A stretch of 64,000 nt of DNA from Flaccisagitta enflata (Eukaryota): the NCBI GenBank assembly GCA_965153355.1, contig OZ231126.1:35402001-35466000 (forward strand), given 5' to 3'. Position numbers and translations under genes: made by a program. Shown one piece after another: positions 27,618 to 53,201 of the stretch; position 1 is the first letter of the stretch, and every line of letters starts with the position of its first letter. The notes beneath the pieces are model-generated. The model did no database searches and was not told the DNA's origin. It saw only the letters and a program-made list of their open reading frames with translations.

Positions 27618-28777
27618 ATTGTTGTTGTTAAGCTTCACTAGAGCGTTAATCAAAGTAGTAGTAGACAATACTATCCTTCTGTAAAAGAAGATGCCCGAAG
27701 TAGTGGGATTTCAATTTCATGCCTTGTAGTTGAGTAGGGGCAGTATTTATGGTCACCAGATAATTTGGGCAGGAGCAGTAACCTAATGCAAAAAGACCAC
27801 ATAAACGCCAAAAAAGTATAGAGGGGACCGATGGACCGACAGTCCATTCAAAAGACCGACGGACCAATGGACCGACAAAGCAGGGTGTGGAGTCGCGTAG
27901 CGCGTAGCAAAAAATTGAAAAAGGAAAGTACGGGCAAGCGAGATGTGATTGAGAAAGGGAGGAAAGAAAAGAAAGTTAAATCGAGGGAAAAAAAGAATGG
28001 AGGCCGATGAAATATTAGGAAGAAAGGAAAGGGAGAGCAAGTCACTTGATAACGAGAAGGAAAGTGAAGAAGAGTGAGCATGAAGCTGAGATCAACGAGA
28101 AAGGAAGTGTAACTGAGTTGAGATCAAGAACAAAAAAGAAAGAAAAGTGAAATGAAAGGAAGCAGAGATCCAAAAGAAATCAAGAAAAGGCGAGATCAAG
28201 AAGAGGGAAGGAAGAGTGAAAACAAGTGACGCGGGGTCACAATATCGTTGCGGACGGGTGGGCAGGGGCATCCAACCCCTATCAGCACCCCAATCCATCC
28301 AAACCCCATCCCTTCCTCCATACCCCCATACACTGAAAGTATCCAAAACACTGTTTTTTCCACTTTTCAACTCGATCACCATGACTGACCGACAGATGGA
28401 CCAACGGACCAATGGACAGACAGACAAAGCCGATTTTAGATATTAATTAAGCGAGATCAAAAAGAAAAGAGAAGGAAAAGTGAAAAAAAGAAAGGGAGAT
28501 GAGATCAAAAAGAAACGAAGAAGAGTTTAACTGAGGCGAAATCCAGAAGAAAAGGATGTGAGGAAGAGGAGGAGACTTTAATCGGCCGTGAAACCGGAAA
28601 TAGATTCGAGATTCGCCTTAATTGCGCCAATTTTCTAGAATGGCGCACCTCAACGACAAATGACAATTTGCCTCCCACATTATCTCTCCCCTTCCCTACT
28701 CTCAGTTGCACTCTCTTCTTCGTCTGTCTGACAGACTGACACTACCTCTGTCTATGCTGGTTCTGTCTGTCTATCTC

Positions 28778-28919
<142 letters not shown>

Positions 28920-29336
28920 CCCCTTTTATTGACTATCGGGGTAAAATGTTTCTACTCGTTCTTCACCTCCCAATCTAGAATTCGACCTGCAGTCTTTTGC
29001 GCAGAGGTCGGTTTCCAGCGCATCGCCTTGATTACCTCAGCCTTAAACTACAACGTCGCTACCCAGACTACCGTAACCGTATCGCAATTTCACGCGCGCC
29101 CATCATAGCAACGAATAGCGGGACAACGACGAGAACGACAACAAGACGCGCTGGCGGATTTAATTGGAAATCAAGGATTTCTTGAAGTGATCTACTGGGA
29201 ACATTACCGAGAAAATGGGGCCTTAAAATCAAATGGGCCTGAATTTAGGCTTGTTGGTAACGAAAGCGATCTCTCCCTCTCCCTCTCTTTCTCTTTCTCT
29301 TTCTCTTTTTCTTTCTCTTTCTCTTTCTCTTTCTCT

Positions 29337-29404
<68 letters not shown>

Positions 29405-29652
29405 TGGCCATCGCCAACTCCCCCAGATTAAAGAATGGAGTTGATAGCGCATTTAGTGGCAAAAAAAGTGGAGGGCCGTCGGCTCGATAAAGCTTTTTAA
29501 AGGAGGAAAAGAATGCGGAAGAGAAATCTTTGGCTTAACGCATTTGCTTTAATTTCCCTACTTTTAACAATTAAGTTTCGCTTGTGGTAGAGCCGTTAAA
29601 ATCTGCGTGAAAAAAATCTTCCAATCTACTTTGATTGGATTCGGATTATTTA

Positions 29653-32487
<2,835 letters not shown>

Positions 32488-32631
32488 TGAACATTTCAAA
32501 GCTCGATTGCCTCTTAGTACCGAATCAACCGTACTTTGTTTTCTACTAGCCGATGATTTTCTCATTCACCAACACTCGCTCACTTCCAAGCAACTAATGA
32601 ACCATTTATTATGATCTCGTGTTCTCGTAAG

Positions 32632-39563
<6,932 letters not shown>

Positions 39564-41310
39564 CTCGTAAGTCACTTTTTGTCTCGACAGCGGCGTCGGT
39601 GAAATCGTTTTCTTGTCGCGAGATGGAATTCCGTTTTCTGCCCGAGAAAAAAAAGAGCAGCGCCATAATCACGATAATGAGAATCTTCGACGATGATTAA
39701 ATCTTAATCTACGCCGTTAAGTAGAAACTAGAAAGCGGGACGGGTTAATAACGGGAAGAGCAATAGCTTCTTTTAAAGCCGAATATAACGTTTTGCCTCT
39801 GATCGGAACAAGAAATAATCGAATCAGGTAGAACACATAAACACGTAACGCGGGGTCATAATATCGTTGCGGATGGGTGGGCGGGGGCGTCCAACTCCCA
39901 TCCACACCCCACGCCCCCCGTGTTGACGGACCGACGGACAATGCCTCTTATAGAGTTACGAGACCGCAACAAACACGGGGCAAGATACTGTATAGCTAAG
40001 TTGATGCTTATTTTTGGTGTTTGTAATTTATGAGCTAGATGGTTTTGCCACGAGTAAATACAGCTTAGAATCACGGCATTTTATCTCTGTCGAGACTTGA
40101 TCAGCTGATAATCGGTTTGTCAGTCTGTGACAATTGGATTTCTCAGCGTTTATGGACGGTTTCACTTAGCAACGGTGCCCGTACATACGTCATAGGGCTA
40201 AAGCTAGTTTTTGAAGCGTTTGAGTTCAGATATGGTCAAAATGCCAGTCAGTGCAGCGTTTCACCAAGGCATTGCATCACGCAACATGGTAAAGTCGCTT
40301 GTGCACCTTGGATACCTGTCTTTCAGGTCCATCTTAATTCTGTCGGTTCCAGAAAGTCAGGTCCAACTTAACTCTGTCGGTTCGATCAGCAAGTCAGCAA
40401 CAAGACACACCTGCAGCCTTTGAGCTTCATGGCCCCTAATAGCGCATTGACGGTTCACGCCAAGATCAGGATCTAAACACATTTTTTGATGAACCAAAAT
40501 ATTTTCCACTTAAAATAGAAACGAATAATTGAGGTCGAGGTGCAAAAGAAGAACAAATTTGACTTGTCAAAACAACATTTTCAATATTTTTGAATTTACA
40601 AATTTAGATTTCATTTCACTAAGAAACATGATTATCATTCTTTAGTAATAATGGTTATGCATTTAAAATAATCGTAACAGAAAATGGAGAGCGCAGAGCC
40701 TTAAACATTGTAAGAAAAAAAGGAAATTCTGAAAAAATATAGATTTTGTAACTTGACTTGTCTTAGGGAAAATTCTAAGACTCTCTCTAAAAGCTAAATT
40801 TTGCATTTTCAAAAACATGGCCTCATTCTAAAAACATATAAGATAAAGGCCATGTTTTCTAAAGATGCGAAATTTTGCGATTTGTCCAAATCTTAAATTT
40901 TCCCTTTGACGGTTTTAAATTTTTGCTCTACTTTTTTCAAGAATTCTATCACTTTCAATGATCATTCCTTGTCTTTATTGCTCAAACAAAGCAATGACTT
41001 TACTATTATACAGGTTTTTCTTCTACTGATGAGATTAAGATAAACTATAAAACACAAAAAAAATATAAAAAAGATCTTATAATGTTTATGAATATGGCTG
41101 TAAATGGAGACTGAAACCAAAACTTTCCCTTCGTTTGCACCCCGACTTACTCTTTTCATGGTTCCATAGACAGAAGGTAGCAAGCTCAAGCGTTTCATTC
41201 TTACTAATCAAAACCAAGCAGACGGCAGTTGCAATGTGACGCGACTGTAATACTATAACTAATAGTATTCAGATTATCAATTCATGATCGGATTTCGATG
41301 GTCGCCCAGC

Positions 41311-41411
<101 letters not shown>

Positions 41412-41690
41412 GCAAATGAGATTCTCGATGACCGTGTTTGACATCGTAGTTCAAGTGGCAACCCCTTCATTCGAACAAGCGTTTGACAAAAGAGTAAGCA
41501 TGAAAAAGATGTATCAAAAATCTTTATCTAAAAAAAAATTCGAACGTTTTAAAGGTGCGATTCAACGTGAAAAGACTGCAAGAAAAACTCCGTCAACTTT
41601 TGGTACAGTGTTTATCTGTCTGTCTGTTTCGATTATTGTCTGTCTCCGTCTGTTTGTCTGTCTCTATCTCTGTGTCTGTCTGTCTGTCTG

Positions 41691-41798
<108 letters not shown>

Positions 41799-42340
41799 TC
41801 TCTCCCTTTCACCAAAACTTGCACACAAATGATTTGACGATGACCACTTGCTCCGTCGTACCATCATCATTCATTGTAAAAGTTGAGTCGTGCGGTAAGC
41901 CGGTCTTAAGCCTCGTATAAACCCGTCACTTTTCCAAACCGCGTCGCGAATGCAAAATTCATGAGGCACCGAAGGTCGACGCGTCGTCATAGCCGCCGTG
42001 GAGGTCCATGAGGCCCACCCCGTCGAACGGTTGGTCACGATGCTTTTATCAACGATGTTATTGAACGGTGACGATTTCGGTGATTTCATCTCTTTGGAAA
42101 ATACGGATCTTTATTCTACGGCTTAAACCGGAGATTTGTCTCATTCGTAACGACAAACATATATAGTCTTGTTACGTTTTTTACTTTCATTACATGAAAC
42201 AGAGTTGGAATCGATGAATGCGTACGATGGGGGTAAAAATAACGCTCATGGGGGGTTCTCTGCTCGAGAGGAAGTAGGCACGATTCATGATTATGAAGTA
42301 TGTGATGACATGATGTAATAAGAGGAGGAAACAATCAGAA

Positions 42341-42434
<94 letters not shown>

Positions 42435-43059
42435 CGACAGAGACAGAGAGAGAGAGAGCCTGCTGTTTTGCGAATAAGCTTTACGAAATCCACCTTTGGA
42501 AAATAAATTACCCCTGTTTTTCTGTGGTTTTGCACTGTACATGGGTAAGAAAAAAGTTTACCCGAGTACGACTTCTGTATTTAAAGTGGTTGTTTGAAAC
42601 AGACCTTTAAGTTGAAGCTAAGGGCAAGCCATTTTGCAAGCTCCGTTCAAGATGTTAGAACTCATGGCGTAATTTAAGAGACGTTTACCCCAATTATCAT
42701 TTGTGTATGGTGGTCACGATGACGGTCAGGAGTGATTGATGTTGTGATGATTGATGTTGTGACGGATGAAGAAACCAGGGACAAAACATTGGTCGATTGC
42801 CGACTGCCATGCCGGTATGAGGTTGCAGACTGCCGGCATGAGATTGCCGACTGCCGATATACGGTTGCTGGTTGTCTTTAATCTTTGGCACCCAAACCAA
42901 AGAGTGATTAAAACCAAGTTTGACCGACTTCCGGTTGCTGTGGCTCTCCCGGCTCCTCCGTATCCACGGCCTTCACCGGCGCATCTTCTTCTTTGGCTTT
43001 ATACCCTGGCTAGCTGTCAAGTAGGCTGTGAATGTCATTCTTGTTTAAGGTTCCAATTG

Positions 43060-43296
43060 AACAAGGCCGGATACACGGCTACCTTAGTCGCATGCGGGTG
43101 GGCAGGAGCAGCGCCGGAGAAGGTCACTAGGGCATCTAGGCATTAGCTGTATGCTCAAAAAGCTTAAAAACGCCAAAAAAAGTAAAAAGGGGACCAACCG
43201 ACCAACTGACCGACTGATCAACTGACCGACTGACGGACCGACCAACCGACGGACAGACATAGCGGGGTGTAGAGTCGCATATCACCCGACTAAAAA
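43060..43296 (-). mobile_element. HINE-like element (an inverted relative lies at 43711-44376)
   Basis: AACAAGGCCGGATACACGGC tail and GTCG...CGACTAAAAA head. Confidence 0.7.
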
Positions 43297-43310
43297 GAAA
43301 ATCATTAAAA

Positions 43311-43696
43311 CTGAGAATGCTTCGTCCGATATCCAAAGACTTGAGTCCAATTTTTGTCAATCAAATGATGCCGTCTTGACATCTTCGGAAGGAGCAAGAA
43401 CCCGAAGTCTTTGCTCTCAATTCAAACACATGAATATTTTGGTGCTAATTTCAGTTGCATCAAAGAAAAGGTTGTTTATTTGACACCAAAGGTGTAAAAA
43501 GCGACAATTACAAATCTTTTCTGTAGAAGTTATGGGTCTTATTTTCAACAAAGCTGGGTGCAGATGCTGGAAGCATATAAATTTTTGACAATCTTAGCTG
43601 TAGCAGTTCTTCTTCTTTCCGAAGATGTCAAGATGGCATCATTTGATTGACCAAAACTGGACTCAAGTCTTTGGATATTGAACGAAGCACTCTCAG
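43311..43696. mobile_element. Fold-back MITE
   Basis: About 90-bp inverted arms starting CTGAGAATGCTTCG. Confidence 0.75.
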
Positions 43697-43917
43697 TAGA
43701 AATGCTTTTCTTTTTAGTCGCGTGCTACGCGACTCTACTCCCCGCTATGTCGGTCCGTCGGTCGATCAGTTGGTCGGTCCGTTGGTCGGTCCGTTGGTTA
43801 GTCCCCTTTAGGGCAGCGGCCCCGAAGGGGCCGATGACCTATGCTTTCACACATAGGGGAAATTTCTCCTCCTCCTCCTTCTCCTTCTTCTCCTCCGTCC
43901 CCCCGGCCCCCCCCCCC

Positions 43918-44225
43918 AATCCTAGCCTCGAGGCTCAAATCCCAGCTTTGAAGCTAAAATCCCAGCCTCGAGACTCAAATCTCAGCCTCAAAGCTCAAGT
44001 CCCAGCCTTGAGGCTCAAACCCAAGCCTTGAAGCTCAGATCCAAGTCTTGAGGCTCAAATCTCAGTCTCGAGGCTCAAATCCCAGCCTCAAAGCTCAAAT
44101 TCCAGTCTTGAGGCCCAATTCCTAGCCTCCAGGCTCAAATCCCAGCCTCGAAGCTCAAATCCCAGCCTCGAGACTCAAATCCTAGCCTCAGGGCCCTAAT
44201 TCCAGCCTCCAGGCCCTAATTCCAG
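43918..44225. repeat. 21-bp minisatellite (CCAGCCTCGAGGCTCAAATC-like)n
   Basis: Direct inspection. Confidence 0.9.
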
Positions 44226-44729
44226 CATAGGTCATCGGCCCCTTCGGGGCCGCTGCCCCTCTAACCACCTCACACCCAAAGCCACTCACATAGGGGCAAC
44301 GAGTACCGCTGACCATCTAACGCTTTTGCGACTATTTACTTTTTTGGCGTTTTTGAGCTTTTTGAGCATACAGCTAAGTCTTTGCTCTCAAGGTCAATTT
44401 ATGAACATGGAGCAAATCGGAGCAACTCCCAACTTCTAATCGCAAATTTGGCGATGATCAGTCGTGATTGATTAAAAGTCACCTTCAGCCCTTCGTTGTT
44501 TCTCTCATCTTCATCGAAGGTTTCACTTGAAATGCAATTAACCCGACTTCCTCAGTTTGCTCGCCTTTTCCTTGTTGTTGTTGTCTTTGTCTTCGTCTCA
44601 ATCTTGCTGACACTTCCTGTATGGCTAATTACGGTCTGTTCTGGTTTTCTTCCTGACTGTCTTTCGTCTATCTTACCTTTCAACGCCCCTAAAAAACATC
44701 CTAAAAATGAAGATAACGAACACAACGGC

Positions 44730-44842
<113 letters not shown>

Positions 44843-45029
44843 AAACAACAACAACAACGAGTATCCCATTCCCAATTTTGTTTTTATTCATCGGTTTAAT
44901 AATTAACTGTTTTGTCCACGTATTCTTTCATGCATGTTTTCATTTTAATATTCGTTCATTCGTCCGCTAAGTGTTCCTCTCGGGAGTTTCAGGAGCTCTA
45001 TAGATCGATCATTCCGTCTTGTCGGCTGC

Positions 45030-45383
45030 TTTTTAGTTGGGGACACGCAACTCTATAAGCGGCTTTGTCCGTCTGTCCGTCCGTCGGTCCATTGGAGGTC
45101 ATCGAGTTGAACAAGGCCGGATACACGGCCACCAGTTGCGGACGGGTGGGCAGGAGCGGAAATGCGCGTTTTCACACTTTTCGACTCGTGCTCACCAACG
45201 GACCGACGGACCGACGGACCGACGGACGGACAAAGCCTCTTATAGAGTTGCGTGTCCGCAACTAAAAAGTGGAAAAACGAGCGTTTTAGATACTTTTTTG
45301 CGTGTGTAGGATGGGCTGTGGATGGGGGTTGGATGCCTCTGCCCACCCGTCCGCAACGATATTATGTCCCCGCGTCACTTGTT
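45030..45383 (+). mobile_element. HINE-like element with a second HINE nested in opposite orientation (45110-45267)
   Basis: Removing the inner copy restores ATCGAGTTGAAAAGTGG, similar to uninterrupted copies. Confidence 0.78.
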
Positions 45384-45505
45384 CTTTGTCTCTCTTTCCT
45401 TCTTTCTGTCTGTGTGTCTGGCTGTATGCCTTTTTATCCATGTGTCTGTCTGTAGGTCATTCTACTCCTCAGACTGAAAGACTGTCTCTGTGTAAGTCCG
45501 TCTGT

Positions 45506-45602
<97 letters not shown>

Positions 45603-47623
45603 TCTCTCTCTCTCTCTCTCTCTTAGCACCCCATCCCTTCCATGCACGCTGAACACTCGAGCTTGGCCACCTACTACCCAAACTACTTCCACCCTCAGTC
45701 CCCCCTCGCGATGGGCGAGTCTGGAAATGATGTCATTCTGATTGTGGGTGAAAAATCGCTTTTGCCTTTCCGCTAAAATGTAGGGGGTCAAACGGAGAAA
45801 CGCCCACTGGTCATCTCGATGATGGACAAACGAGGGGCAAAGGGAGATGGAGGAAGGGAGAAGCGTCATCGACGATTCGTTCAATCAGAGAAAGCGGTGT
45901 AAAGGGGTTCGTGGTCGATTGGGATAGGTGAGGGTATATTGAGCAGGACATGGGACAGAGCGGTCATGGCAAACCTACCTCTCTTATCATTTTGGGACGT
46001 TAATAGAAGTGGGCCGGGGTCAGGGGAGGGTGGTGGGCTGGGGTCACGGAGCTGTGTTGTGAACCCTAAGATGGGGAATTGGATTATGGGGCTGGAGCCC
46101 GGTGGAGAGAGAGGGTGCTTTGTGAACTCTCAGATGGAACGTCAAAGAGAATGTTTTCTTGATGATGGTCAATCAATCAATGGTGAAACTCGTCGGGTGT
46201 CTCCGGATCGAGCCGGCTAAAAGACGCGTAAGATCGTGTAAGGAAGGAGGAGGAGGAGGAGGAGAAAGAAGAGTGGCTTTCATTCCACAATTTACGCTAA
46301 TGAACGATGAGTAACGAATTAGAGGCTGATGGGTTGCGGGACATGCCTTGGCCTTCCTCGTGGTTTCTACCCCGGTCATGACCATGTAAATGAAACCATA
46401 GTGGGTTTAATGTCGTACCTTTTTGGACTTTTTATGTAATGATGATATTTGTAACTTAATGTTTTTTTAAAAGAAGGCAAGAAGCGATTAAAGGGAGTTG
46501 AAGTACAAATACTTTTCAGCAAATCTTTTAGAGATGTAGTTTTCCAGCTGATAATCCTTCCCTCTCCCCTTTCCCCCTTCCTTAATCCCACCTCTACAAT
46601 GACGATTTCGGCGGTCCGAGAAAGAACATCCCCCATGGCTATCACGAAATTGAGAGACCCTGATTGTGTCCCATCCCTTATGCTAATGGAAGAGGATCGG
46701 GCGTGGATGAGCCGGAAAAGCGCCGGCCGATCCTCATCATCGTCCTCCCCTTCCTCCTCATCCGAGCGCCCGGATGAAAGCGCAAATCTACATTTCAACG
46801 CATTTCTGACTGACCACGAACGGTCCGGACCAACTGACCGGACCGAAGCGGAGGGACCGACTGACCAGAAGCCGATTTGAGGCCTCACGGCACGCCCACT
46901 TCTTATTCCTTCTTTTCATGGCTGTCGACTCTTTGACTTTATGATCGAGAGGGGAAAAATCGCTTTGTATACTTTCTCCGTTTTACTCTCGAGAGGTTTT
47001 ATCCCGAAGCGGAAATCTGCCATTGGTTTCTTTTATTTCTAATTCTAAGTCGGTACAGTGCAATACCGCAATGTGATCGATAGTTCATGAATAAGAATTT
47101 ATAGCTCCATGGAACTGCGTTATACTATGTACATGTTAGGCCTTTGGTCGCTAGCATTGCTTTTTATTAAGAGCGTTTTCAGCCGTGTCGACTTAACAGT
47201 GCAATACACCATTATTTGACTTCAAAACCAAAATGATGTTTATTGTCACATTTCGTGACGGGGAGGATGAGAATAGTACTCTCTAAAAAGACCTTTATCT
47301 GTGAAATTGAGATAAATTTCAAATGAAAAGAAGTGACGTTAAATTAGAAAAAAAAAACCAGCACATGAAGGAGAAAAGGGTCACAATTCGGTAATTGAGT
47401 CGTCATTGGTTGGGCAAATTAATGGCGAAAATGGTTTTTCGACGTCGTCGTCTTTGACGCCTTTTTAGCGTCTTCCGACGTCGTTGTCATCGTCGGTCGA
47501 CTCGTCGTAGGCGTCATCTTCGTCGTCGTTAGCGTCATTGTCTGCTCTGACCTTTTTTGATCCTTCTCTTTCATCATCATTTGAGAATCTGAGACGGCGT
47601 TCAAACATTGCTTCTTGATGAAA

Positions 47624-47658
<35 letters not shown>

Positions 47659-47666
47659 GACACACA

Positions 47667-47776
<110 letters not shown>

Positions 47777-48924
47777 TACACGATACATGATTTCTACAGA
47801 AGGCATTTTCACAAAAAATTCGGAGATGTTGTTTGTTTTGTTGTAAATAGACATAATCAGTGTTTCATATATATATCAGTGTTTCATATATATCCTACAA
47901 ACCATGCAGTGAAGGACACCTTCTAGGTGTGCCCCACCTGTACTTGGGTCTTGGTGAATATATACATGTGTATTTTTAATATATATGTATATATGGGGCG
48001 AAACCCTTTTTTTGGGTACAGGACACCAACTGATGACCAGAAGCTGAATGGTTTGTTATTATATCAAATTATATTAATTATATCAATTTTTATTAATTTT
48101 TATGGACATGTACAAAACCTTTTACCCCTCATGGTGACCTATCATCCCATGATATATCTTCTTTGAAGATGAAGGCTTTTTCCCTTTAATCACTAAGAAG
48201 TAATTATAACCTTGACCAATTTTAGTAAAAATTCACCTTTCTCCCACCCCCCTAATTAGGATAAAGGGGCTCAGCTGGGGATATGGACACCCTGGTTCCT
48301 TTTTTTCAGTTAGGTAATTTTAACCAAAATTGGGCTGAGTTGATGGTCCCGATCAATGCCAGAGGACAGCTCTAACAATACCCTTCCCCTAAAATAGTTT
48401 TATATATTTTTTTAAAATACACTTAAAATTTTGTTTTAAATAGAAGAAATATGACACATTTAGTAAAAAGTATATACCTGAGGAATTTTGATAGCGTTTC
48501 AAAAAACCATATATTAGGTATGTGTATGTAATGGAAGCTTACACTATATAAATGTCCGTATTTTTTCAGATTTTCTTTATAAAGTTAAATGTTTCTTATT
48601 TGGATAATTGTATGAGTTTTATGTAGAATAAATTGTTGCACACATCATCATATTGTTTGTTTCTCTTTCTGAATGTCTGCTTGATTTTAAAAAACAAGGC
48701 CAAGTAGGCCAATAAGGTGCGACGTGTGGATCGTCGAACGAATGCGTTACCGACCAACAGACAGACAGACGGACACAGCCAGTTATAGAGGTGCTTTGTC
48801 GCACCTAAAAACGTTACAGCTTGTGAAAACTGCCTTTAACGTTTATTACGTTTTTACCTGCTGTTTGTTCGTCTGTCTGTCTTCTTCGACTCGTCTGTCT
48901 ATCTCTGAAAGTCAATGGTTATCT

Positions 48925-49032
<108 letters not shown>

Positions 49033-49550
49033 GAATTTATTGGTCATTGATGAGTTTCCGCCGCTGTTGTTACCAGGCGAATTCCGAACAAGAGGCTTTG
49101 TTTGTCTCCTTGACTACTGAGGACAGTCGACTCTACCACCAAACCACGACCACGACCACAACCGTCAACATCGACCTACCACCATCCACATGACGACCAG
49201 TGGCGTCAGGATGTCATGTCCATCGCTCATGGCTTCTTGATCGTTGAAGAGCTAAATGACTAATCCCTTGGTTACGGCACCCCAATTGTGACATCGTATC
49301 GCAAAGTCGCGGATAGGACCTTGACTAATAGTACTACTACGGTAACCACAGTCGATAAATGTATCCTTATCTCATTGTACGAGGGGTCATTTTTCATCGT
49401 TTCCTTTGTGATCTACACGAATCCTTACATCCAATCGAACATGAGAGAGGATGTTCGTTTTGCCCTCCGCGTCTTAACGTTGCCGATTGCATCTTCGATG
49501 GCTTGGGGGCGGGGGATCCTTCCTGCGGTATTTTCACCCATGTCGTCCTT

Positions 49551-50856
<1,306 letters not shown>

Positions 50857-51285
50857 TCCTTATGAACTTTAAAATGGTTGGTTGTTCACAACCACTGTTT
50901 TTTAATTAGTCCATATCAAATCTTCAATATCCAATCATTCAATGAAAAAAAAATCAGAAAAAAAAAGAATACAAGAGAGAAAGGAAATGTTTATAAACAA
51001 AAAAAAAACATGATTGAGGGGCAAATAAAAGGCAAATGAAAAGGCTTGCGCGTCCAATCAAAGTGTCCTTGATTGGTAAACAAAAATTACTCCGTCCAAA
51101 ATCGAATAAAGAAAAAAGAGGAAGAAGGAGGAGGAGCTGGAGAAGAGAGGGAGGAGGAGGAAGAGAAGGAAGATGAGGAGACGAGTGATGGAAAGAGTGG
51201 AAAACATCAAAAGGCCGCAATTCGTAAGAATTGAATGAATGAAAAATTGAAATAGAACGCCACTTAAAAGAAAAAAATATGAAGG

Positions 51286-51354
<69 letters not shown>

Positions 51355-51810
51355 CTAAAACTAAAAGGATATGATTAAAAAGCTAAGAGGTTTGCTTATT
51401 TGATGATCCAAAACATCCCGTTTGACACGTTTTCCTTCCGGCGCTATTTAGTTTGAAATACCAAAGCACCATATCGTCGGGTTAGAAACGCAAATATAAG
51501 AGAGAGAGAGAGAGAGAGAAGAGAGTTGCACGAACGGACACAGACAGACAGACACAGACAGATAGACAGATAGATAAATAGAAAAACTTGACGGTCAACT
51601 TATGATCCTGTTGTTGTTGCCGGGGACTAGCGGAACTTGCGCTCGAGCACTAGCTGGGATCCTACCCGGGTGTACTGTTGGTCTACATTGAAAGATAATT
51701 CGATGTAGATCATTTTAGTCATGGATTTTTTATGGATTTGTTGAGACAAAAACAACTTATTCTCGACTGAACTTGATGCTAAACTTATTTCCTAGGTAGT
51801 ATATTGCATT

Positions 51811-52090
51811 ACGTTTGGCTTCACTTGCATAGCAAGGAGAGGCTATGAGCGCGTGAGCCCACACATTTGGCGTAATCACCGGGCGTTGGTGTCAGATCCC
51901 GGTCAAGTCAAACATCATGTTATGCACTACCCGCCCTTCCAACCAGCTAGCTACAGTTACTTAGACCTCCAACCTCCGCCAGATAGAGAGTCTAGCAACC
52001 CTTAGCTTCGTTAAAGAACCTGCCATGCGCAGGACCCGAACCCGCCACCAAGAGGGCCGACGGCGGGTTCGCTATCGCAGAACTAGCTAG
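51811..52090 (-). mobile_element. Probable tRNA-derived SINE
   Basis: Minus strand has an A-box-like TAGCTAGTTCTG and B-box-like GGTTCGGGTCC followed by a GC-rich body; single copy in the window. Confidence 0.4.
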
Positions 52091-52926
52091 AAAGTCGAAA
52101 ACGCAGACGGAGATACCCGTTGATGGTCAAAGCAGGTAAGAGATAGAAACATAGATATATTCATTTCCATTTGCAGAGTTGAGATGGGAGTCAAATGATG
52201 GTTTAGTCCGTCTGCCAGATGAGTTTTGCCAAAAATATCTGAAGCATCAAGATATTCAGATAGGATAATGGATAGAGACCGAAGATTGCCTTTCATAAAG
52301 AGCTAGCTCTCTTCCTAATTCAATTAGCCAAATGATGAAATTTCGAATTTCGAATCTGAGCTGCTCTTGGTCAAGAGGAGTCTAGCAAATGTGATGCATT
52401 TTGATCCATAGTGGACTCTCTATTTTCGATCTACTTTTTAAGAGCACTTCCATTAAGCCGTTCCTTTCTTATTTTGCATACATTTAGAACATTTCATTAA
52501 TTCCTCATCAAATATTCTCCCAAAAACATCTGTGACTCTTCTTCTCCTTCTTAATGCTCAATGCTAATGGCATCTTACTCTGAATTTTCATTATCCAGAC
52601 TCTCTTTTAAGATGTTTTTGAAAGATCTCTTGGATTTCTTGGACCCCAGATGTCACTTAAACTAGAGGTTACTTTGGGATTGGCTGATCTATCTGTGCTG
52701 ACTACATAACGTTCAGGTACATTTGCAACTTTTGCTTCGAACTTAATCAAGAGTCATGAAATTTTAAATTTCAGTAAAATGAATTTTGTTGTTTTTTTTT
52801 CATTAGATATTTTGAAGTTTCATTTTTAGAGACGCACATCTGGGCGTCAACAACCGTTACGAGTTTGTTGATCTTTTTTTTTGTGTGTGTTTCGTTTTGT
52901 TAGTATAGCATGGAAAGAAAAAAAAG

Positions 52927-52999
<73 letters not shown>

Positions 53000-53201
53000 T
53001 TGCACTAAGCAAATACAGCAATTTTTTTCTACGGTCTTTCATTCTTTACAATTAAAACCAAAATATACATAACTTTGCTTTTCTTTCATGCACAAAATAA
53101 TAGCATCAAAACAAAGAATAAAATTTGTATCACGCTCAAGGCCTTGTTGTTTCCGCTTCCGTTTTGATTTTCTTTTCAAGATTATGATCGTGTTCTTTTG
53201 T

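Noticed and set aside
52020-52090. Possible tRNA gene
   Set aside because: Could not build a cloverleaf; kept only as a SINE-like head
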